64,000 nucleotides of DNA from Yuukianura sp. NJ FZ-2021 (taxonomy: Eukaryota). Positions 29,501 to 40,520 of this stretch are shown in pieces; the first letter of the stretch is position 1; each line of letters opens with the position of its first letter. A program made the translations under genes and the position numbers. Below the pieces are notes generated by a model that had not been told where the DNA came from, did no database searches, and worked only from the letters and a program-made list of their open reading frames with translations. Where the stretch lies: positions 372,001 to 436,000 of the forward strand of contig CM102287.1 of assembly GCA_046563655.1 (NCBI GenBank), in the 5' to 3' direction.

Positions 29501-32500
29501 ATGTAGTTGACTGTTACCTAGCATTGTTCCGGAATTCATTTCTTTTGAATTCTCTGTTTTGAAACATGAATTTTCATAAATAAAAGTAACAAGATGAGGG
29601 ACGACACAGCAAGTGAAAGTGCGCTCCTGTAGCACTTTTTATGACGATTTCAAAAATGTAATTTACTTTTACCTGGCATCGTTTCGGAATGCATTTCTTT
29701 TGAATTCTTTGTTTTGAAACATGAATTTTCCTAAATAAAAGTAACAAGATGAGGGAGGACACAGCAAGTGAAAATGGGCTCCTGTAGCACATACTTTGAG
29801 GATTTCAAAAATGTAATTTACTTTCTGTTCATTCTTACATTAGCATGTTTATTCTCAGAAATTTAAGTCGTTTTCGACAAAATGGTGCTCGGCATTGCCT
29901 TGGGTACCGTTTACCAACCCAAGATAAACTCCGAGGCAGAGCGGTTCATCCAGACTCTTAAGTACGCTCTAACCAGATTTAATGGCGATCTATCCACGCC
30001 AATTATCCTTGGGTTCCTGTAGTACTTTTCAGGAGGATTTCAGAAAAGTAACTCATTTTCACTCGGCATCGCTCCGCGTGGAGGTTTTTCGAAATATTTG
30101 TTTGGAAACAAATTTTCATGAAGAAAAGTAACGAGATGAGGGACGACACAGCAAGTGAAAGTGGGTTCCTGTAGCACTTTTTATGAGGATTTCAAAAATG
30201 TAGTTGACTGTTACCTAGCATCGTTCCGGAATTCATTTCTTTTGAATTCTCTGTTTTGAAACATGAATTTTCATAAATAAAAGTAACAAGATGAGGGACG
30301 ACACAGCAAGTGAAAATGGGCTCCTGTAGCACATACTTTGAGGATTTCAAAAATGTAATTTACTTTCTGTTCATTCTCACATTAGCATGTTTATTCTCAG
30401 AAATTTAAGTCGTTTTCGACAAAATGGTGCTCGGCATTGCCCTGGGTACCGTTTACCAACCCAAGATAATCTCCGAGGCAGAGCGGTTCATCCAGACTCT
30501 TAAGTACGCTCTAACCAGATTTAATGGCGATCTATCCACGCCAATTATCCTTGGGTTCCTGTAGTACTTTTCAGGAGGATTTCAGAAAAGTAACTCATTT
30601 TCACCCGGCATCGCTCCGCGTGGAGGTTTTTCGAAATATTTGTTTGGAAACAAATTTTCATGAAGAAAAGTAACGAGATGAGGGACGACACAGCAAGTGA
30701 AAGTGGGTTCCTGTAGCACTTTTTATGAGGATTTCAAAAATGTAGTTGACTGTTACCTAGCATTGTTCCGGAATTCATTTCTTTTGAATTCTCTGTTTTG
30801 AAACATGAATTTTCATAAATAAAAGTAACAAGATGAGGGACGACACAGCAAGTGAAAGTGCGCTCCTGTAGCACTTTTTATGAGGATTTCAAAAATGTAA
30901 TTTACTTTTACCTGGCATCGTTTCGGAATGCATTTCTTTTGAATTCTTTGTTTTGAAACATGAATTTTCCTAAATAAAAGTAACAAGATTAGGGACGACA
31001 CAACAAGTGAAAGTGGGCTCCTGTAGCACTTTTTATGAGGATTTCAAAAATGAAATTTACTTTCTGTTTATTCTCACATTAGCATGTTCATTCTCACAAA
31101 TTTAAGTTGTTTTCGACAAAATGGTGCTCGGCATTGCCCTGGGTACCGTTTACCAACCCAAGATAAACTCCGAGGCAGAGCGGTTCATCCAGACTCTTAA
31201 GTACGCTCTAACCAGATTTAATGGCGATCTATCCACGCCAATTATCCTTGGGTTCCTGTAGTACTTTTCAGGAGGATTTCAGAAAAGTAACTCATTTTCA
31301 CCCGGCATCGCTCCGCGTGGAGGTTTTTCGAAATATTTGTTTGGAAACAAATTTTCATGAAGAAAAGTAACGAGATGAGGGACGACACAGCAAGTGAAAG
31401 TGGGTTCCTGTAGCCCTTTTTATGAGGATTTCAAAAATGTAGTTGACTGTTACCTAGCATCGTTCCGGAATTCATTTCTTTTGAATTCTCTGTTTTGAAA
31501 CATGAATTTTCATAAATAAAAGTAACAAGATGAGGGACGACACAGCAAGTGAAAATGGGCTCCTGTAGCACATACTTTGAGGATTTCAAAAATGTAATTT
31601 ACTTTCTGTTCATTCTCACATTAGCATGTTTACTCTCAGAAATTTAAGTCGTTTTCGACAAAATGGTGCTCGGCATTGCCCTGGGTACCGTTTACCAACC
31701 CAAGATAAACTCCGAGGCAGAGCGGTTCATCCAGACTCTTAAGTACGCTCTAACCAGATTTAATGGCGATCTATCCACGCCAATTATCCTTGGGTTCCTG
31801 TAGTACTTTTCAGGAGGATTTCAGAAAAGTAACTCATTTTCACCCGGCATCGCTCCGCGTGGAGGTTTTTCGAAATATTTGTTTGGAAACAAATTTTCAT
31901 GAAGAAAAGTAACGAGATGAGGGACGACACAGCAAGTGAAAGTGGGTTCCTGTAGCCCTTTTTATGAGGATTTCAAAAATGTAGTTGACTGTTACCTAGC
32001 ATCGTTCCGGAATGCATTTCTTTTGAATTCTTTGTTTTGAAACATAGATTTTCATAAATAAAAGTAACAGGATGAGGGAGGACACAGCAAGTGAAAATGG
32101 GCTCCTGTAGCACATACTTTGAGGATTTCAAAAATGTAATTTACTTTCTGTTCATTCTCACATTAGCATGTTTATTCTCAGAAATTTAAGTCGTTTTCGA
32201 CAAAATGGTGCTCGGCATTGCCCTGGGTACCGTTTACCAACCCAAGATAAACTCCGAGGCAGAGCGGTTCATCCAGACTCTTAAGTACGCTCTAACCAGA
32301 TTTAATGGCGATCTATCCACGCCAATTATCCTTGGGTTCCTGTAGTACTTTTCAGGAGGATTTCAGAAAAGTAACTCATTTTCACCCGGCATCGCTCCGC
32401 GTGGAGGTTTTTCGAAATATTTGTTTGGAAACAAATTTTCATGAAGAAAAGTAACGAGATGAGGGACGACACAGCAAGTGAAAGTGGGTTCCTGTAGCAC

Positions 32501-35500
32501 TTTTTATGAGGATTTCAAAAATGTAGTTGACTGTTACCTAGCATCGTTCCGGAATTCATTTCTTTTGAATTCTCTGTTTTGAAACATGAATTTTCATAAA
32601 TAAAAGTAACAAGATGAGGGACGACACAGCAAGTGAAAGTGCGCTCCTGTAGCACTTTTTATGAGGATTTCAAAAATGTAATTTACTTTTACCTGGCATC
32701 GTTTCGGAATGCATTTCTTTTGAATTCTTTGTTTTGAAACATGAATTTTCCTAAATAAAAGTAACAAGATTAGGGACGACACAGCAAGTGAAAGTGGGCT
32801 CCTGTAGCACTTTTTATGAGGATTTCAAAAATGAAATTTACTTTCTGTTTATTCTCACATTAGCATGTTCATTCTCACAAATTTAAGTTGTTTTCGACAA
32901 AATGGTGCTCGGCATTGCCCTGGGTACCGTTTACCAACCCAAGATAAACTCCGAGGCAGAGCGGTTCATCCAGACTCTTAAGTACGCTCTAACCAGATTT
33001 AATGGCGATCTATCCACGCCAATTATCCTTGGGTTCCTGTAGTACTTTTCAGGAGGATTTCAGAAAAGTAACTCATTTTCACCCGGCATCGCTCCGCGTG
33101 GAGGTTTTTCGAAATATTTGTTTGGAAACAAATTTTCATGAAGAAAAGTAACGAGATGAGGGACGACACAGCAAGTGAAAGTGGGTTCCTGTAGCCCTTT
33201 TTATGAGGATTTCAAAAATGTAGTTGACTGTTACCTAGCATCGTTCCGGAATGCATTTCTTTTGAATTCTTTGTTTTGAAACATAGATTTTCATAAATAA
33301 AAGTAACAGGATGAGGGAGGACACAGCAAGTGAAAATGGGCTCCTGTAGCACATACTTTGAGGATTTCAAAAATGTAATTTACTTTCTGTTCATTCTCAC
33401 ATTAGCATGTTTATTCTCAGAAATTTAAGTCGTTTTCGACAAAATGGTGCTCGGCATTGCCCTGGGTACCGTTTACCAACCCAAGATAAACTCCGAGGCA
33501 GAGCGGTTCATCCAGACTCTTAAGTACGCTCTAACCAGATTTAATGGCGATCTATCCACGCCAATTATCCTTGGGTTCCTGTAGTACTTTTCAGGAGGAT
33601 TTCAGAAAAGTAACTCATTTTCACCCGGCATCGCTCCGCGTGGAGGTTTTTCGAAATATTTGTTTGGAAACAAATTTTCATGAAGAAAAGTAACGAGATG
33701 AGGGACGACACAGCAAGTGAAAGTGGGTTCCTGTAGCACTTTTTATGAGGATTTCAAAAATGTAGTTGACTGTTACCTAGCATCGTTCCGGAATTCATTT
33801 CTTTTGAATTCTCTGTTTTGAAACATGAATTTTCATAAATAAAAGTAACAAGATGAGGGACGACACAGCAAGTGAAAGTGCGCTCCTGTAGCACTTTTTA
33901 TGAGGATTTCAAAAATGTAATTTACTTTTACCTGGCATCGTTTCGGAATGCATTTCTTTTGAATTCTTTGTTTTGAAACATGAATTTTCCTAAATAAAAG
34001 TAACAAGATTAGGGACGACACAGCAAGTGAAAGTGGGCTCCTGTAGCACTTTTTATGAGGATTTCAAAAATGAAATTTACTTTCTGTTTATTCTCACATT
34101 AGCATGTTCATTCTCACAAATTTAAGTTGTTTTCGACAAAATGGTGCTCGGCATTGCCCTGGGTACCGTTTACCAACCCAAGATAAACTCCGAGGCAGAG
34201 CGGTTCATCCAGACTCTTAAGTACGCTCTAACCAGATTTAATGGCGATCTATCCACGCCAATTATCCTTGGGTTCCTGTAGTACTTTTCAGGAGGATTTC
34301 AGAAAAGTAACTCATTTTCACCCGGCATCGCTCCGCGTGGAGGTTTTTCGAAATATTTGTTTGGAAACAAATTTTCATGAAGAAAAGTAACGAGATGAGG
34401 GACGACACAGCAAGTGAAAGTGGGTTCCTGTAGCCCTTTTTATGAGGATTTCAAAAATGTAGTTGACTGTTACCTAGCATCGTTCCGGAATGCATTTCTT
34501 TTGAATTCTTTGTTTTGAAACATAGATTTTCATAAATAAAAGTAACAAGATGAGGGAGGACACAGCAAGTGAAAATGGGCTCCTGTAGCACATACTTTGA
34601 GGATTTCAAAAATGTAATTTACTTTCTGTTCATTCTCACATTAGCATGTTTATTCTCAGAAATTTAAGTCGTTTTCGACAAAATGGTGCTCGGCATTGCC
34701 CTGGGTACCGTTTACCAACCCAAGATAAACTCCGAGGCAGAGCGGTTCATCCAGACTCTTAAGTTCGCTCTAACCAGATTTAATGGCGATCTATCCACGC
34801 CAATTGTCCTTGGGTTCCTGTAGTACTTTTCAGGAGGATTTCAGAAAAGTAACTCATTTTCACCCGGCATCGCTCCGCGTGGAGGTTTTTCGAAATATTT
34901 GTTTGGAAACAAATTTTCATGAAGAAAAGTAACGAGATGAGGGACGACACAGCAAGTGAAAGTGGGTTCCTGTAGCACTTTTTATGAGGATTTCAAAAAT
35001 GTAGTTGACTGTTACCTAGCATCGTTCCGGAATTCATTTCTTTTGAATTCTCTGTTTTGAAACATGAATTTTCATAAATAAAAGTAACAAGATGAGGGAC
35101 GACACAGCAAGTGAAAGTGCGCTCCTGTAGCACTTTTTATGAGGATTTCAAAAATGTAATTTACTTTTACCTGGCATCGTTTCGGAATGCATTTCTTTTG
35201 AATTCTTTGTTTTGAAACATGAATTTTCCTAAATAAAAGTAACAAGATTAGGGACGACACAGCAAGTGAAAATGGGCTCCTGTAGCACATATTATGATGA
35301 TTTCAAAAATGTAATTTACTTTCTGTTCATTCTCACGTTAGCATGTTTATTCTCAGAAATTTAAGTCGTTTTCGACAAAATGGTGCTCGGCATTGCACTG
35401 GGTACCGTTTACCAACCCAAGATAAACTCCGAGGCAGAGCGGTTCATCCAGACTCTTAAGTACGCTCTAACCAGATTTAATGGCGATCTATCCACGCCAA

Positions 35501-38005
35501 TTATCCTTGGGTTCCTGTAGTACTTTTCAGGAGGATTTCAGAAAAGTAACTCATTTTCACCCGGCATCGCTCCGCGTGGAGGTTTTTCGAAATATTTGTT
35601 TGGAAACAAATTTCCATGAAGAAACGTAACGAGATGAGGGACGACACAGCAAGTGAAAGTGGGTTCCTGTAGCCCTTTTTATGAGGATTTCAAAAATGTA
35701 GTTGACTGTTACCTAGCATCGTTCCGGAATGCATTTCTTTTGAATTCTTTGTTTTGAAACATGAATTTTCATAAATAAAAGTAACAAGATTAGGGACGAC
35801 ACAGCAAGTGAAAGTGGGCTCCTGTAGCACTGTTTATGAGGATTTCAAAGCTGTAGTTGACTTTTACCCAGCATCGTTCCGGAATGCATTTCTTTTGAAT
35901 TCTTTGTTTTGAAACAAGAATTTTCCTAAATAAAAGTAACAAGATTAGGGACGACACAGCAAGTGAAAGTGGGCTCCTGTAGCACTTTTTATGAGGATTT
36001 CAAAAATGAAATTTACTTTCTGTTTATTCTCACATTAGCATGTTCATTCTCACAAATTTAAGTTGTTTTCGACAAAATGGTGCTCGGCATTGCCCTGGGT
36101 ACCGTTTACCAACCCAAGATAAACTCCGAGGCAGAGCGGTTCATCCAGACTTTTAAGTACGCTCTAACCAGATTTAATGGCGATCTATCCACGCCATTTA
36201 AACTTGGGTTCCTGTAGTACTTTTCAGGAGGATTTCAGAAAAGTAACTCATTTTCACCCGGCATCGCTCCGCGTGGAGGTTTTTCGAAATATTTGTTTGG
36301 AAACAAATTTCCATGAAGAAACGTAACGAGATGAGGGACGACACAGCAAGTGAAAGTGGGTTCCTGTAGCCCTTTTTATGAGGATTTCAAAAATGTAGTT
36401 GACTGTTACCTAGCATCGTTCCGGAATGCATTTCTTTTGAATTCTTTGTTTTGAAACATGAATTTTCATAAATAAAAGTAACAAGATTAGGGACGACACA
36501 GCAAGTGAAAGTGGGCTCCTGTAGCACTGTTTATGAGGATTTCAAAGCTGTAGTTGACTTTTACCCAGCATCGTTCCGGAATGCATTTCTTTTGAATTCT
36601 TTGTTTTGAAACAAGAATTTTCCTAAATAAAAGTAACAAGATTAGGGACGACACAGCAAGTGAAAGTGGGCTCCTGTAGCACTTTTTATGAGGATTTCAA
36701 AAATGAAATTTACTTTCTGTTTATTCTCACATTAGCATGTTCATTCTCACAAATTTAAGTTGTTTTCGACAAAATGGTGCTCGGCATTGCCCTGGGTACC
36801 GTTTACCAACCCAAGATAAACTCCGAGGCAGAGCGGTTCATCCAGACTTTTAAGTACGCTCTAACCAGATTTAATGGCGATCTATCCACGCCATTTAAAC
36901 TTGGGTTCCTGTAGTACTTTTCAGGAGGATTTCAGAAAAGTAACTCATTTTCACCCGGCATCGCTCCGCGTGGAGGTTTTTCGAAATATTTGTTTGGAAA
37001 CAAATTTCCATGAAGAAACGTAACGAGATGAGGGACGACACAGCAAGTGAAAGTGGGTTCCTGTAGCCCTTTTTATGAGGATTTCAAAAATGTAGTTGAC
37101 TGTTACCTAGCATCGTTCCGGAATGCATTTCTTTTGAATTCTTTGTTTTGAAACATGAATTTTCATAAATAAAAGTAACAAGATTAGGGACGACACAGCA
37201 AGTGAAAGTGGGCTCCTGTAGCACTGTTTATGAGGATTTCAAAGCTGTAGTTGACTTTTACCCAGCATCGTTCCGGAATGCATTTCTTTTGAATTCTTTG
37301 TTTTGAAACAAGAATTTTCCTAAATAAAAGTAACAAGATTAGGGACGACACAGCAAGTGAAAGTGGGCTCCTGTAGCACTTTTTATGAGGATTTCAAAAA
37401 TGAAATTTACTTTCTGTTTATTCTCACATTAGCATGTTCATTCTCACAAATTTAAGTTGTTTTCGACAAAATGGTGCTCGGCATTGCCCTGGGTACCGTT
37501 TACCAACCCAAGATAAACTCCGAGGCAGAGCGGTTCATCCAGACTTTTAAGTACGCTCTAACCAGATTTAATGGCGATCTATCCACGCCATTTAAACTTG
37601 GGTTCCTGTAGTACTTTTCAGGAGGATTTCAGAAAAGTAACTCATTTTCACCCGGCATCGCTCCGCGTGGAGGTTTTTCGAAATATTTGTTTGGAAACAA
37701 ATTTTCATAAAGAAAGGTAACGAGATGAGGGACGACACAGCAAGTGAAAGTGGGTTCCTGTAGCCCTTTTTATGAGGATTTCAAAAATGTAGTTGACTGT
37801 TACCTAGCATCGTTCCGGAATGCATTTCTTTTGAATTCTTTGTTTTGAAACATGAATCTACTTATATAAAATCGAGACCCTGTTTATCTGTGTGTGTGTC
37901 TGTCCTGCTACTCCTCCGAAACTACTGAACCGATTTGGACAAATGAGGTGTCCTTTTCTTCGTTAGGTCACCCCGAAGAGCACTGGCTATGTCACATGTC
38001 GATCT

Positions 38006-38945
38006 GACCTTTGACCTTTGACCCAGCGCAGTGACCCCATGCGAAATCAAAGGAAACATACGCATGTAATATATCAATCGAAATGGGAGGTCAAATGGAG
38101 TCGATTGACGGATCACATGATGACCTCTGACCTTTGACCCAGCGCAGTGACCCCATGCGAAATCAAAGGAAACATAGGCGTGTAATATATCGATCGAAAT
38201 GGGAGGTCAAATGGAGTCGATTGACGGATCACATGATGACCTCTGACCTTTGACCTTTGACCCAGCGCAGTGACTTCATGTGAAATCAAAGGAAACATAG
38301 GCATGTAGTATATCAAACGAAAGGGGAGCTCAAGTGGATGTGATTGAATTATAACGACAGATCAACTTTGACCGTTGACCCAGCGCAGTGACCTCATGCG
38401 AAATCATAGGAAACATAGGCATGTTGTGTGTTAATCCAAATGGTCAGCCATTTCATTTGAGAAATTACATGACGACGTGAACCGTCTCATGGAACACATA
38501 CAAAATAATCTCATATTGTAATCTACTTATATAAAATCGAGCTCCTGTTTATCTGTCCGTGTGTCTGTCCGGCTACTCCTCCTAAATTACTGAACTGAGT
38601 TGGACAAGTGAGGTGTCCTTTTCTTTGGGAGGTCACCCCGAACAGCGAAGGCTATGCGACATCTTGACCTTTGACCATTTACCTCGCCGATGACCTCACA
38701 AAATCATCCCAAACACAGGCAAGTGACATGTGATTTGAAAGCAGAGGCCTAATGCAGTCGATTGATGTATAACATATTGACCTATGACTTTGACCCTTGA
38801 TCCAGAGCGGTGACGTCAAATAGAATTAAGCCAAACAGGCAAGTGACATGTCATTCGAAAGCAGAGGCCAAATGCAGTCGATTCATTTAAGACACATTCA
38901 CCTGTTACCTTTGACCCTTGAGCCAGAGCGGTGACCTGACATAAA
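38006..38945 (+). repeat. ~120-bp internal repeats of the Helitron, rich in TGACCTTTGACC
   Basis: TGACCTTTGACCCAGCGCAGTGAC at about 38013, 38128, 38251 and a variant near 38369; diverged copies recur in the second module (38665-38945). Confidence 0.85.
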
Positions 38946-38984
38946 ATTAAACCACCCATAGGCATCTCTACTAATTGGTCGAGG

Positions 38985-40278
38985 GTTGCCCAAATTGGTA
39001 GCGGGTTCCTCAGATTGGCAGCGGGTTCCCGAATTTGGCAACGGGTTCCCGTATTTGGTAGCGGCTCACCAAAATTGGTAGAGGGTTCCACAAATTGGTA
39101 GCGGTTTCCTTAGATTGGCATCGGATTCCAGTATTTGGTAGGGGGTTCCCAAAATTGATAGCGGGTTCCTCAGATTGGCAGTGGGTTCCCGAATTTGGGA
39201 GCGGGTTCCCCAGATTGGCATCAGGTTCCGGTATTTGGTAGCGGGTTCCCAAAATTGGTAGACGGTTCCACAAATTGGGAGCGGGTTCTCGAATTCGGTA
39301 GCGGGTCCCCCGAATACTCTAGCGGGTTCCCCAAATTGGTAGCGGATTCCTCAAATTGGTAGCAGGCTCCCGTATTTGGTAGCGGGTTCCCCAAATTGGC
39401 ATCGGATTCCCGTATTTGGTAGGGGGTTCCCAAAATTGATAGCGTGTTCCTCAGATTGGCAGCGGGTTCCCGAATTCGGGAGCGGGTTCCCCAAATTGGC
39501 ATCAGGTTCCCGTATTTGGTAGCGGGTTCCCAAAATTGGTAGAGGGTTCCACAAATTGGTAGTGGATTCCCCAAATTGGTAGCCGGCTCCCGTATTTGGT
39601 AGCGGGTTCCCAAAATTTGTAGAGAGCTCCCCAGATTGGCAGCGGGTTCTTTACATTGGCCGCGGGTTCCCGTATTTGGTAGCGGGTTCCCTAAATTGGT
39701 AGAGGGTTCCCCAATTTGGCATCGGATTCCCGTATTTGGTAGGGGGTTCCCAAAATTGATAGCAATTTCCTCAGATTGGCAGTGGGTTTCCGTATTTGGT
39801 AGCGGGTTCCCAAAATTGGTAGACGGTTCCACAAATTGGGAGCGGGTTCTCGAATTCGGTAGCGGGTCCCCCGAATACGCTAGCGGGTTCCCCAAATTGG
39901 TAGCGGATTCCCCAAATTGGTAGCAGGCTCCCGTATTTGGTAGCGGGTTCCCCAAATTGGCATCGGATTCCCGTATTTGGTAGGGGGTTCCCAAAATTGA
40001 TAGCGGGTTCCTCAGATTGGCAGCGGGTTCCCGAATTTGGGAGCGGGTTCCCCAAATTGGCATCAGGTTCCCGTATTTGGTAGCGGGTTCCCAAAATTGG
40101 TAGAGGGTTCCACAAATTGGTAATGGATTCCCCAAATTGGTAGCCGGCTCCCGTATTTGGTAGCGGGTTCCCAAAATTTGTAGAGAGCTCCCCAGATTGG
40201 CAGCGGGTTCTTTACATTGGCCGCGGGTTCCCGTATTTGGTAGCGGGTTCCCCAAATTGGTAGCGGGTTCCCAAAATT
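38985..40278 (+). repeat. 20-21-bp minisatellite (AAATTGGTAGCGGGTTCCCC-type) inside the Helitron, with an internal 561-bp duplication
   Basis: About 60 degenerate units; rare variants recur at +561 (39291/39852, 39361/39922, 39651/40212). Confidence 0.95.
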
Positions 40279-40355
40279 CATACGTTTTCCCTGTGTGTTC
40301 GCATACACTACCCCAAGAACTAGCCCCGCTTTGACAAGCGGGCTTTTCAACCTTG

Positions 40356-40519
40356 TTTTCATAAATAAAAGTAACAAGATGAGGGACGACACAGCAAGTG
40401 AAAGTGGGCTCCTGTAGCACATTTTATGAGGATTTCAAAAATGTAATTTACTTTCTGTTCATTCTCACATTAGCATGTTCATTCTCAGAAATTTAAGTCG
40501 TTTTCGACAAAATGGTGCT
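40356..40519 (+). repeat. Terminal remnant of the + strand satellite, broken inside the integrase insert
   Basis: Continues the monomer interrupted by the Helitron and ends at ...CGACAAAATGGTGCT. Confidence 0.95.
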
Positions 40520-40520
40520 A

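Larger units (their letters stand above)
1..37856 (+). repeat. 155-bp satellite array with interspersed ~387-bp composite units (truncated monomer + ~185-bp insert + divergent monomer)
   Basis: GGGACGACACAGCAAGTGAAAGTGGG recurs every 154-155 bp; insert marker GGTACCGTTTACCAACCCAAG recurs about 45 times with spacing close to 387+n*155 (542, 697, ~850, ~1006, 1625). Confidence 0.98.
37857..40355 (+). mobile_element. Non-autonomous Helitron (2499 bp), composite with two 5' ends
   Basis: Starts TCTACTTATATAAAA and ends with hairpin CCCGCTT-TGAC-AAGCGGG (40325-40342) then CTTG. Flanks rejoin to the intact monomer GAAACATGAA^TTTTCATAAAT, an A^T target without TSD. No Rep/helicase ORF. Confidence 0.92.

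Noticed and set aside
5159..35290. Dozens of 62-97-aa minus-strand ORFs (MSSLILLLLF..., MSSHILLPLF...)
   Set aside because: Chance open frames across satellite monomers with non-ATG starts; presence depends on single variants.
1..37856. CRISPR-like repeat/spacer appearance
   Set aside because: The intervening sequences are themselves near-identical repeats; no cas genes; eukaryotic context.
38816..40422. 399-aa and overlapping repetitive ORFs (GNPLPN...)
   Set aside because: Translation of the 20-21-bp minisatellite; open in several frames and crossing the Helitron boundary.
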